A stretch of 64,000 nucleotides of DNA, from contig CAWBUN010000010.1 of assembly GCA_963791985.1 (NCBI GenBank), forward strand, positions 356,083-420,082, written 5' to 3'. Of the stretch, positions 28,788 to 38,603 are shown piece by piece (positions within the stretch are counted from its first letter, which is position 1; each line of letters opens with the position of its first letter). The translations under genes were made by a program, and so were the position numbers. This DNA comes from an uncultured Solibacteraceae bacterium. GTDB taxonomy: Bacteria; Acidobacteriota; Terriglobia; Bryobacterales; Bryobacteraceae. Below the pieces are notes generated by a model, which was not told the origin of the DNA, made no database searches, and saw nothing but the letters and a program-made list of their open reading frames with translations.

Positions 28788-30427
28788 GCACAGCAATGAG
28801 AACGCCCCAGAAAGTACAGAGCCTGCGGACGCACGACATCGACGCCGGCGAAAAGACGGCAGGCTCGCAGAGTCATCTGGCGCGGGCGGTGACGCTCCAT
28901 CTCGCCGGGAGACGGGAGGAGGCCCTGAAGCAGCTCCAGCGGGCGATTGCCGCGAACGAGGCATCGGCAGAGATCTACCGCGCCATGGGCCACATTCAGT
29001 TCGAGCTGGGCAGTTTCGACGAGGCGGCGAAGAGCTACCGGATTCTGGTGCAGGTGAAGCCGCAGTACTCGATGGGCTGGTTCAACCTGGCGGTGTGCCT
29101 GGAGCGCGCGGGCGTATGGGAAGACGCTGCGCAGAGCTTCCACCGCGCGGCCACGCTGGAGCCGGGCTACCTGGACGCGCACCTGGGCCTGGGCGTGTGC
29201 CACTTGCGGCAGGAGGATCCGAAATCCGCGCTTTTCAGTTTCGACCGGTGCCTGGAGCTCAACGCCAACCACGTGGACGCACAGTTCGGCAAAGCGGTGG
29301 CGCTGCAATCGCTGGGTCATTCGGAAGACGCGTCGCAGATCTATCAGAAGATTCTGGAGAAGAATCCGGATTCGGAAGATTCGCTGTCGAATTTGATCTT
29401 GATCGGAATGGCGAAGGAAGACTTCGACATGGTGCGGGAGTATAGCGAGCACCTGTTGGAGTTGCGGCCGGAATCGACCGTGGCGCTGGAAGGCCTGGCG
29501 TCGTGGGCGTGCGCGGCGGGCGAGCATGCGCTGACGGCGAAGTTCTGCACGCTGCTGGTGAACTCGGTGCCGGGGCATTTCGAGGGCTGGTTCAACCTGG
29601 CGCTGGCGCACCAGAAATCGGGGCGGTTCGAGCAGGCGGCGGAGGCGTACTCCGAGTGCGTGAAGCTGCGGCCGCAATCCTGCGAATCGCACACGAACCT
29701 GGGAATCGTGCGGGAGCAGACAGGCGACACGGCGGGGGCGCGCACCGCGTATGAGCGGGCGATCAAGGCGGGTCCGGAAGCGCTGGCTCCGATCTGGAAC
29801 CTGGCGCTGCTGCTGGAACACGCGGGACAGTTCGAAGAATCCGAGCGGTATTACAAGCAGGTGCTGGATCGCGCGCCGAAGGAAGAAGAAGCGCGGTTCC
29901 GTATGGGCTTCCTGCGGTTGCAACGGGAAGACTACCGGGGCGCCGCAGAGGCGTTCGAAGGCTGCCTGAAGTATCGTCCGGCATGGCCCGAAGCGCACGC
30001 GAACCTGGCGCTGGCGTACAGCGGGATGGGCGAGCGCGATCACGCGGAGCGGTTGTACGAGAAGATGCTGGACGCGGATCCGAAATCGATGGACGCGCTG
30101 CGCGGGTTGGCGGCGCTTTCGATTCAGGCGAACGATTACGATACGGCGCTGGAATTCCACGTGCGGCTAATCGATCTGGGCGATCGCACGCCGGAAGTGC
30201 TGTACAACGCGGGGCTGATGTACGAGAAGGCCGGACAGCAGGACAAGTCGGTCCGGCTGTACCGGGATGCGCTGGCGCAGCAGGCCGACATGCCCGAAGC
30301 GCTGCTCAATCTGGGTCGTATTCTGGAAAGCAACGGCAAGGCGGAAGAAGCGCGCAGTTGCTGGGCGAAGGCGCTGGAAGCCGAGCCGGCATTGGCGCAG
30401 GGCTACTTCGGACCGGCGATCGATTAA
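28784..30427 (+). CDS. TPR-repeat protein
   Basis: ATGA overlap with the upstream gene. Tandem 34-aa TPR units (A..Y.....G....A...F..AL.L.P). Confidence 0.75.
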   Translation: MSTAMRTPQKVQSLRTHDIDAGEKTAGSQSHLARAVTLHLAGRREEALKQLQRAIAANEASAEIYRAMGHIQFELGSFDEAAKSYRILVQVKPQYSMGWFNLAVCLERAGVWEDAAQSFHRAATLEPGYLDAHLGLGVCHLRQEDPKSALFSFDRCLELNANHVDAQFGKAVALQSLGHSEDASQIYQKILEKNPDSEDSLSNLILIGMAKEDFDMVREYSEHLLELRPESTVALEGLASWACAAGEHALTAKFCTLLVNSVPGHFEGWFNLALAHQKSGRFEQAAEAYSECVKLRPQSCESHTNLGIVREQTGDTAGARTAYERAIKAGPEALAPIWNLALLLEHAGQFEESERYYKQVLDRAPKEEEARFRMGFLRLQREDYRGAAEAFEGCLKYRPAWPEAHANLALAYSGMGERDHAERLYEKMLDADPKSMDALRGLAALSIQANDYDTALEFHVRLIDLGDRTPEVLYNAGLMYEKAGQQDKSVRLYRDALAQQADMPEALLNLGRILESNGKAEEARSCWAKALEAEPALAQGYFGPAID

Positions 30428-30454
30428 TCAAGGAAATACGGGCCACGAATGGAC

Positions 30455-30486
30455 GCGAGGTTGCGCATTCGTGGCCCGAAGTGTTT
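30455..30486. repeat. direct repeat copy 1 (GCGAGGTTGCGCATTCGTGGCCCGAAGTGTTT)
   Basis: Near-identical second copy at 30706..30736. Confidence 0.6.
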
Positions 30487-30705
30487 CTAAAGCAGAATTG
30501 GCCGCGGATAAACGCGGATGAACACGGATAAGACAAGAACTGTTTTTTCCGCGTTCATCCGCGGCCCAAAATGTTTCTTGGTTCCATTCATAACCTAAGC
30601 TTTTTGGTTCGTGGGCCTTGACCGCATGGGCCACCGGAAAGGTTCCACCGCAAAACCGGGCAACTTCCACTGCCCATCGAAATGGATGTCGAAGCAAGCC
30701 GGTAT

Positions 30706-30736
30706 CGCGAGGTTGCGCATCGTGGCCCGAAGTGTT
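30706..30736. repeat. direct repeat copy 2
   Basis: 30/31 identity with 30455..30486. Flanks a roughly 220-bp segment containing a 10-bp-stem hairpin (GCGGATGAAC...GTTCATCCGC). Confidence 0.6.
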
Positions 30737-30750
30737 TATGGGAGACGGAT

Positions 30751-31050
30751 TCAGATTCGGGGTCGCGAAGGTTTGGGTGGCTCAAAGGTGATCTTGAGCC
30801 GGGTTCCGGTAGCCGTGGCTAACCGCTCCAGGGTTTGCGTGGATGGGCGAGTGCGGCCACCTTCCATTCTTGCTATCACCGATTGGGTGGTCTCCATTCG
30901 TTGCGCAAGTTGCTGTTGGGTGAGCCCGGCCGCGACACGGGCTTCGATGACCGCATGAGCAAGCGCAAATTCGGGCGCGAGCTCTTCGTGAGCTCTCCTA
31001 TATTTCTGGTTCTTCATCCACTTCTGGTGAAGGTCGTTCACTTTGGTCAT
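30751..31050 (-). CDS. XRE-family HTH protein, HigA-like antitoxin
   Basis: HTH_XRE (LTQQQLAQRMETTQSVIARMEGG). Start ATG overlaps the stop of the upstream toxin gene. Confidence 0.7.
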   Translation of the reverse strand: MTKVNDLHQKWMKNQKYRRAHEELAPEFALAHAVIEARVAAGLTQQQLAQRMETTQSVIARMEGGRTRPSTQTLERLATATGTRLKITFEPPKPSRPRI

Positions 31051-31371
31051 TGCGAAATCTCCTTTGCCCGCTTCAAGGCCAACTCAATCTCCCGTTTTGG
31101 CGTCTTCTGCGTTTTCTTGATGAACGCGCGGACCACCACGATGCGCCGGCCGACCGCAGTGACGTAGAGCGCGCGCGAGATTCCATCCTTGCCCTTCATG
31201 CGCATTTCCCAGAGAGAATCACACAGGTGCTTCACATGCGGCTCCCGAACTCGTTCCATCCGAACTCTTCAATCAGCTGCGAGATGTACGAGAAGCGCGC
31301 ACGCATATCAGCCGGTAGAATTTCAAGTTCGGCGTCGACCACGCTATTCAGTGTTTCTACGATCCATGCCA
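31047..31371 (-). pseudogene. HigB/Gp49-like (DUF891) type II toxin, disrupted by a -1 frameshift
   Basis: C-terminal part (ORF 31047..31259) carries the family signature RALY...VVRAFIKKTQKTPKREIELA. The N-terminal 44 aa (MAWIVETLNSVVDAELEILPADMRARFSYISQLIEEFG) is in another frame. Adding one G to the GGG run near 31244-31246 restores EEFG-EPHVKHL. Confidence 0.6.
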
Positions 31372-31388
31372 TTGCCGGCCGCTTTCAG

Positions 31389-31406
31389 TATAGCTTTTTT
31401 GCTATA
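31389..31406. promoter_or_regulatory. perfect palindrome TATAGC-TTTTTT-GCTATA upstream of the toxin gene (candidate TA operator/promoter)
   Basis: 18 bp inverted repeat 18-35 bp upstream of the toxin ATG, overlapping a TATACT -10-like hexamer on the minus strand. Confidence 0.45.
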
Positions 31407-31454
31407 TCACGTGGGGACGGGGATGGGACCCCGCCCCCCCGGTGATATGCCGTC

Positions 31455-32546
31455 CTACTCGAGTAAGCTCTTGAGGCTGCCGAAGACGTGGATCTTCTCG
31501 ACCTTTTCGGCGATCTTTTCGAGCGTCTCGAGTTCCTTCATGCGAACCAACAGTGGGTTGTCCTCCATCAGTTTGGCGGTGTTGAGCAGGCTGCGGGTGG
31601 CAGCGGTCTCTTCACGGCGGCGGATCAGGTTGGCCTGCGCCTGCTTCTCGGCGGTGACCACCTGGTTGAGGATCTCGCGGATGTCGCCGGGGAGGATGAT
31701 GTCCTTCAGCGCAATGGCACTGACGCGGACACCGTACTGCTCCATTTCGCGTCGCACCTGGGCGGACACGGATTCGTCGAGATCGACCTTTTCGGCGAGG
31801 ACCTCGTCGAGCGTGCGCTTGCCGAGAGTCTGGCGGACGGCGATCTGCAGCGTGCGGTAGAGGTGGGCGTCCACGTCCTTCACGCCGGAACGGGCAGTGA
31901 CGGCGTCGACGATCTCGTAGACGGCTGAGACGTTGACGCGGACGGTGACTTTGTCCCGCGTCAGGATTTCCTGACCGGGGACCTCTACGGTCTGGCGGCG
32001 CATCTCGAGCACGTCGATGCGGGGCGCCATCACGGCGTTCCAGAACGCGTAGGATCCGGGTTCCAGTTCGCGGATGAGGCGGCCATCGAGATACACGAGT
32101 CCGCGGCGACCTTGTTCGATTACGGTGAAGGCGGCGCGGCTTTCGCCGAGGCGTCCGAGCGCGGATACAAGGCGCGCGGGGACCTCGGGAGCGGCGCGAA
32201 CATCGATCAGCGTGAAGGCGACTTCGAGCGCGCCCTTGAAATAGAGCACGCGGGTCGCGGGCGGAATCACGCGGGAGAGGCGGCCGTCGAGGTACACGAG
32301 GGCCACCTGCGACTCGCCGGTTTCGATCACGGTGAAGTGAAGGGCGGCGAGTTCCGGGAACTGGCGCGCGATGGTATCGGCGTAGTCGCTGCAGAGGATC
32401 AACTGCTTGGTGTTGTGGCGCTCGAACTCGACACCGCGGCCGAGCGTGAAAATCCAGTACTCGCCGGGGGCGAGGATGGCGGAGAAGCGGCGGTTGCGGA
32501 TGACAAGGACGCGCTCGTTATCGCCGACAAGAATGCGACGGAACAT
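31455..32546 (-). CDS. SPFH/band-7 family protein with N-terminal degenerate repeats
   Basis: C-terminal 200 aa match stomatin/prohibitin-like SPFH (..TRDKVTVRVNVSAVYEIVD.. and a coiled-coil tail). N-terminal region has two or three roughly 60-aa repeats. No TM segment. Confidence 0.7.
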   Translation of the reverse strand: MFRRILVGDNERVLVIRNRRFSAILAPGEYWIFTLGRGVEFERHNTKQLILCSDYADTIARQFPELAALHFTVIETGESQVALVYLDGRLSRVIPPATRVLYFKGALEVAFTLIDVRAAPEVPARLVSALGRLGESRAAFTVIEQGRRGLVYLDGRLIRELEPGSYAFWNAVMAPRIDVLEMRRQTVEVPGQEILTRDKVTVRVNVSAVYEIVDAVTARSGVKDVDAHLYRTLQIAVRQTLGKRTLDEVLAEKVDLDESVSAQVRREMEQYGVRVSAIALKDIILPGDIREILNQVVTAEKQAQANLIRRREETAATRSLLNTAKLMEDNPLLVRMKELETLEKIAEKVEKIHVFGSLKSLLE

Positions 32547-32772
32547 GGCTCACCTCCTGGGGTGATCTACTGTGTCGTTGGATAAAAGAGCGGCCAGGCT
32601 TCGCTCCACGGCATCGGCGGCGGACCGCAGCTAGAGCGAACCGCATACTGCCGGTCCGCAGGTTCAGCCGCGGGACAAAGCCGGGGATCCGCTGCCAGTC
32701 ATCGCGAGGCGGCCGAAGCCGGGGACGCGAAGGCGGCGGGAGAGAAGCCTGGTTGCTCAGTGTTGTTGAGAG

Positions 32773-32846
32773 TGGATAGCGGGATTCGAACCCGCAACCT
32801 TCAGATGATTAGTCTGATGCTCTACCCAATTGAGCTATTTCCAAGC
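32773..32846 (-). tRNA. tRNA-like sequence, probably degenerate (pseudo-tRNA or attachment-site remnant)
   Basis: Minus strand has a canonical D-arm (GCTC-AATTGGGTA-GAGC), an anticodon arm TCAGA-CTAATCA-TCTGA (U33 present, anticodon AAU, C37) and a T-arm GCGGG-TTCGAAT-CCCGC. The acceptor stem pairs at only 5 of 7 positions and no CCA is encoded. Confidence 0.3.
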
Positions 32847-33063
32847 AGGTACCGAAGGTCCAATTATCGCCGGTATGCGGTAGCCTCAGTGAGGCCGCAC
32901 CAGCGAGGCATTTGGAACCTCGACTATAGGCGATCATTGGTCATTTCCTCCAGTTCAAGCAGGATAACCCACGAGGGCGTGGTGATCAAGAAAAAATTTA
33001 TTAATGTAGATCGCTCTGGTGTGGGCGGATGCGTTTGGGTCAGATCTCGCCATGCGGGCGACG

Positions 33064-33104
33064 CCGGCTGAAAGCCGGCGGCAGCCACGATTGGCTGCCC
33101 CACA
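33064..33104 (+). repeat. family-A' double hairpin, second copy
   Basis: See 24513..24553. Confidence 0.65.
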
Positions 33105-33161
33105 AGAATGCGCGGACGGGTAACGATTGAGCGGCGGAGTGCGCCTTTGATGATTATCCAA

Positions 33162-35897
33162 ATGAAGCGATCATTCTCTCTTCTCTTTACACTGGCGGTG
33201 GTTTCGCTGCCGGCGCAGCGCCTGACATCGGAAGTGGTGGGCGACCTGGCGATGCGGAATATCATGGGGACGTTCACCTCGGGGCGGATCGCGGACGTGG
33301 CGGTGGACCCGCGCAATCGCAGCGTCTGGTACGTGGCGACGGCGTCGGGCGGCCTCTGGAAGACGACCAATCACGGGATCAACTTTCAGCCGATTTTCGA
33401 CGAGGGCGGGTCGTATTCGCTGGGGTGCGTGACGGTGGACCCGAAGAACCCGGACACGGTTTGGCTGGGGACGGGCGAGAACCAGGCGCAGCGCGCGATC
33501 GGGTACGGCGACGGAATCTATAAGAGCACGGACGCGGGAAAGACGTGGAAGAACGTGGGGCTTCCGAATTCCGAGCACATCGGCAAGATCTGGGTGGACC
33601 CGCGCAATACGAACGTCGTCTGGGTGGCGGCGCAGGGTCCGCTGTTTTCGCCTGGCGGCGATCGCGGATTGTACAGGACGACCGACGGCGGGGCGACGTG
33701 GAAGGCGTCGCTGACGATCACGGAGAACACGGGCGTGACGGATTTCGACGTGGACCCGCGCAATCCGGACATCATGTACGCGGCGGCGTATCAGCGGCGG
33801 CGGACGACGAGCATCGTGGTGGCGGGCGGTCCGGACTCGGGGATATTCAAGACGACCGATGCGGGCGCGCACTGGACGCGGCTGACCGAAGGCATTCCGA
33901 CCGTCGATAAGGGGCGGATCGCGCTGGCGGTATCGCCGCAGAAGCCGGAAGTGATTTACGCGACGATCACGACGAACAAGGACAACAAGCAGACCGGCAT
34001 GTACCGCAGCGACGACGCGGGGGCGCACTGGGCGAAGCTGAACGACTTCATCGTGCAGGATCCGGAGTACTACGGCGAGATTTTCGCGGACCCGTTCAAG
34101 GAAGGCCGCGTGTATTTGATGGACATGGCCGTGCGGGTGAGCGAGGACGCGGGAAAGACGATTACAGCGGCGGGCTGGCAGGTGCACAGCGATAACCACG
34201 CGCTGACCTTCGACCCGACGGACGCCAATCATCTGATCGAGGGCAACGATGGCGGGCTGTACGAGAGCTACGACCACGGGAAGACGTGGCGGCACTTCAA
34301 CAACATTCCGGTGACGCAGTTCTACCGGGTGAGCGTGGACAATGCCCTGCCCTTCTACAACATTTACGGCGGCGCGCAGGATAACGGGTCCCAGGGCGTG
34401 CCCTCACGGACAATCAATCGCGCGGGGATCCGCACCAGCGACTGGTTGAATACGGGCGGCGGCGATGGGTTTCAGTCGCGCGTGGATTATGCAGACCCGA
34501 ACACGGTGTACGCGTGCTCGCAGAACATCGGGTGCAACCGGGTGGATTTGAAGACGGGGGTGAGCACGAACATTCATCCGCGATTCGGCGAGGAGGATGG
34601 GAAGCTGAGGTCGCGCTGGGACCTGCCGTTCATCATCAGCCCGCACTCGCATGAGCGGCTGTACATCGCGGGCAACCGGCTGATGCGCAGCGACGACCGG
34701 GGGACGACGTGGAAACTAGTGAGCGAGGAGTTGACGCGCGCGATCGACCGCGACACGATCCCGGTGATGGGCAAGTTGTGGGGCGCGGACGCAGTGTGGA
34801 AGAACGCGTTCACGGATTCGTTCGGCACCGGGACTTCGATTGCGGAATCGCCGTTGAAGGAAGGTCTGCTGTTTGTGGGCACGGACGACGGACTGGTGCA
34901 GATCTCCGCAGGACGGCGGCGCGACCTGGCACAAAGTGGACAAATTCCCGGGCGTGCCGGAGATGACTTACGTGACCGACGTGCTTCCCTTCCCCGCACG
35001 ACGTCAACACGGTGTTCGTCACGCTCAACGATTTTCATCGCGGCAACTTCAAGCCGTACGTGATGAAGAGCGGCGACCTGGGGAAGACGTGGGCGAGCAT
35101 CTCGGGCGACCTGCCGCTGCGCGACCCGGCGTGGACGATCGTGCAGGATCCGGTGAATGCGAACCTGCTGTTCGCGGGAACGGAATTCGGGCTGAGCTTC
35201 ACGGTGGATGGCGGACGGCATTGGGTCAAGATCAAGGGCGGGATGCCGATTACTCCGATTCGCGATCTGGAGATACAGTCGCGGGAGAGCGACCTGGTAG
35301 CGGCGTCCTTCGGGCGCGGCTTTTTCGTGTTCGACGATTACTCCGCGCTGCGGCACGCTGACCCCGGAATTGCTCTCGCGGGACGGCGTACTGTTCGCGC
35401 CGGGACGCAAGGCGCGGGCCTACGACGAGATTGGATATTACCGGGCACAGGGGGATAACCTCGCGTCGCCGAATCCTCCGGCGGGGGCGCTGTTGACTTA
35501 CTATTTGCGCGATGAGACTCCTGCGGGCGGGAAGACGGTGCTGACAATTAGGGACGCCGCGGGCAAGCAGGTGCGGCAGCTGGATGCGTCATCGAAGGCG
35601 GGAGTGCATCGGACGGCTTGGGATTTGCGCGAGCAGGCTCCTCCGGCGGGTGCGGCAGCGGCGCAGCGTCCTCCCACGCCTCCGGTGGAGGGCGGCGAGG
35701 AAGGCACGCCTCCGGCGGCCGGGCGCGGTGGACGCGGCGGTGGTGGCGGCGGCGGCTTTGGGGGACGTGGATTTGGTCGGACGGGGCCGCTGGTGAAGGC
35801 TGGAAGTTATACGGTCACGCTGGGGAGACTGGTGAGCGGGACGGTGACGCCGATCGGGCAGCCGCAGACGGTGGAAGTGGTGGGGCTCGAGAGGTAG
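33162..35897 (+). pseudogene. BNR/Asp-box repeat glycosyl-hydrolase-like (sortilin/Vps10-like beta-propeller) protein, three apparent +1 frameshifts
   Basis: Signal peptide. Repeated S-x-D-x-G-x-T-W motifs (STDAGKTW, TTDGGATW, SDDAGAHW, SEDAGKT, SYDHGKTW, SDDRGTTW, DGGATWHKV, DGGRHW). The reading frame switches at about 34910, about 34990 and about 35357 (pieces are ORFs 33108..35063, 34873..35361, 35012..35458, 35370..35897). Confidence 0.55.
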
Positions 35898-35942
35898 GTT
35901 CGTCCGGCAGTGCGGCGAGCCGGCAAACTTGTTCGTGCAACC

Positions 35943-36007
35943 GAGAGTTACGGCAGCAAGTGGACAGGCCAGGAGGCCTGTCCCACTCGGTCGCGGTTCG
36001 CGAGAGC
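35943..36007 (+). repeat. composite copy: family-A hairpin followed directly by family-B tail (..CCTGTCCCAC-TCGGTCGCGGTTCGCGAGAGC)
   Basis: Shows that families A and B are parts of one larger element. Confidence 0.7.
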
Positions 36008-36034
36008 ACATCGAGAAGGTTATGATGATGCTTC

Positions 36035-37479
36035 GTGCCCGCTACTATTGAACCTGTAATCCCAACCCAAGCCACACCTCAGGCGCCGTGGTGGCGCTGG
36101 GCAGTCGTGATCGTGCCGGGGGTGGCGCTGTACTTCAATCCCCTGCCCGGAATGAGTGCGGCGCAGGAGCGTCTGTTCGCATTTTTCGTGGCGACCATCA
36201 TCGCGCTGGTGGCGCAGCCGGTGAAGATGGGGGTGAGCGTACTGCTGGCGATGACGCTGGTGGTGGTCACGGGGACGCTGACTCCGGCGAGGGTGCTGTC
36301 GGGGTTCGGCAACGTCACCGTCTGGCTGGTGTTCACGGCATTTCTGTTTTCGCGGGCGGTGACGCAGACGGGATTCGGCATGCGGGTGGGGTATCTGTTC
36401 ATCGAGCGCTTCGGACGAACGCCGCTGCGGCTGGGGTACTCGCTGGCGGCGGCGGACCTGGTGCTGGCGCCGTTCATCCCGTCGGACACGGCGCGCGGGG
36501 GCGGCGTGGTTTTTCCGGTGACGCGGAGCGTGGCGACGCGCATTCGGGTCGGAGCCGGGGCCGACGGCGCGGAAGATCGGGTTCGTTTCTGATTCTGGTT
36601 TCGTTCCACACGACGTACACGGCGTCGGCGATGTTTCTGACGGGGATGGCGGCGAATCCGCTGATCGCGGAGTTCGCGTACAAGATCGGGCACGTGGAAC
36701 TGACGTGGGGGCGGTGGCTCTCGGGATCGATCGTGCCGGGTATGCTGACGCTGGCATTCGTGCCGTGGCTGTTATTCCGGCTGGTGCGGCCGGAGATTCA
36801 GGACACGACGGCTGCACGCGAGATGGCGCGGAAGGAACTGGCGCGGCGCGGACCGATGGGACGCGAGGAGAAGTGGCTGGTCGCGATCATGGCGGGGGTG
36901 ATGGCGGGCTGGGTGACCTCGCCGTGGCATGGCTTGGCGAATACGTTTGTGGCGTTGAGCGGGCTGTGCGCGCTGCTGTTGGCGCGGGTGATCGCGTGGG
37001 AGGATCTGCTGGCGGAGCAACGGGCATGGGATGCGCTGATCTGGTTCGCGCCTCTGGTGATGATGTCGGACGCGATGAACGAGAACGGAGCGATCAAGGT
37101 CTTGAGCGGCGGACTCTTCGGAGTGGTTCACGGATGGCCGTGGCTGGTGGTATTAATCGCGCTGGTGACCGCGTACTGTTATGTGCATTACGGGTTTGCC
37201 AGCATGACGGCGCAGGTGACGGCGCTGTATCCGGGATTCCTGGCGGCCGCCCTGGCGGGAGGCGTACCGCCGATGATGGCGGCGCTGCCACTGGCGTATT
37301 TCTCGAACCTGAATGCGGCGATGACGCACTACGGTACGGGATCGGCTCCGGTGTTCTTCGGAGCGGGATATGTGCGACAGGGGGAGTGGTGGCGGCTGGG
37401 ATTCCTGATATCGGTGTTCAATCTTTTGATCTGGATGGGGATCGGGCCGCTGTGGTGGAAACTGGTCGGGATCTGGTAA
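36035..37479 (+). pseudogene. anion permease (ArsB/NhaD-superfamily, DASS-like transporter), two apparent frameshifts
   Basis: 12 or more hydrophobic helices across ORFs 36035..36592 and 36088..37479. The frame changes twice within about 36555-36600. Confidence 0.5.
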
Positions 37480-37485
37480 GAATCT

Positions 37486-38020
37486 ATGAAAATTGGAATC
37501 TCTCTGGTGGCAATTGCGACACTGATCGGGACGGTTCAGGCCGCTGAAGTGCAGTATTGGGTCGAGCCGTGTGCTAATTCTGCAGATACGGGTTGCAAGA
37601 GCGGGGATCCGGAACTGGCGCAGTGGGCGATGGAAGCATGGCAGGCGGCGTCGGACGGTAAGTTGACAGTAAAGCGGACAACCGACAAAGAACGGGCGAC
37701 GATCCGCATCTATTGGGCAACGGGGCGAGACGGCTTATATGGGGAAACACGCGGCGGAGATGTGTATGTTCGACCCGATCCGGGACGAAGGATTGACACG
37801 GGAGGCGGTGACCTACCTGACGTGCGTCCACGAGGCGGGTCACGCATTGGGTTTGGCACACACGGCAAACTTTGACGACATCATGTACAACTTTCAATAC
37901 GGCGGAGATATCGCGGAATATTTTGGACGTTACGTACGGAAGTTAGGTCGGCGGGAAGATATCCGGAAGTACTCAGGTATTTCCCCTAATGATCGGAAGA
38001 GATTGGCTGCCGGACTATAA
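37486..38020 (+). pseudogene. small secreted metzincin-type zinc metalloprotease (HEAGHALGLAH), one apparent frameshift
   Basis: Signal peptide MKIGISLVAIATLIGTVQA. HExxHxxGxxH motif. Frame switch near 37765 between ORFs 37486..37875 and 37739..38020. Confidence 0.5.
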
Positions 38021-38367
38021 GCCGGTTCCTGTACCCTTGCGGGCGGCAGTCATTCATCTGGACCGGCCATTACTGACCGGCTCTAGCGACCTACCCGGAA
38101 GTCTAAGCGGGACGGGCCGTCCCTCCTCCCCTATTTGGTCTTGCTCCGCGTGGGGTTTTCCCTGCCGGCAGAATTACTCCTGCCGCGGTGCGCTCTTACC
38201 GCACCTTTTCACCCTTACCCCACCTTGACGGCGAGGCGGTATATTTTCTGTGGCACTTTCCGTCGGACCTTGCGATCCGCCCGGCCGTTAGCCGGCACGC
38301 TGCCCTATGGAGACCGGACTTTCCTCTCCCGGCCAAATCCGGGAGCGACTACCCGTCCGGCAGCCTC
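38005..38367 (-). ncRNA. rnpB: RNase P RNA (bacterial type A)
   Basis: Minus strand contains GGAGAGGAAAGTCCGGTCTCCATAGGGCAGCGTGCCGGCTAACGGCCGGG, GGGTAAGGGTGAAAAGGTGCGGTAAGAGCGCACC and ...CCAGATGAATGACTGCC...ACAGGAACCGGCTTATAGTCCGGCAGCC. These match the universally conserved P4, P10-P12 and 3' regions of M1 RNA. 5'/3' complementary P1 (GGCTGCCGGAC / GTCCGGCAGCC). Confidence 0.85.
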
Positions 38368-38603
38368 ACGTCGGTTATTGTCGCATTTTCGCGAGGCGCT
38401 GTGTACTGTGTAACACCCGATACTCGGACATTAACACTCCGAAAATTTGTGATAGGTTGGTCAAAATTCCGGTGTATCCTGTTCCTAAGTGGCATTCAGG
38501 TTTGGAATCTCGCGTGCTAGCACAAAAGCCAATGTCATATAGCATGAGCAGGACTTTCGGTTTCTCGCACAGGTGGATAACGTTGAGGAGAATTAGAAGA
38601 AAA

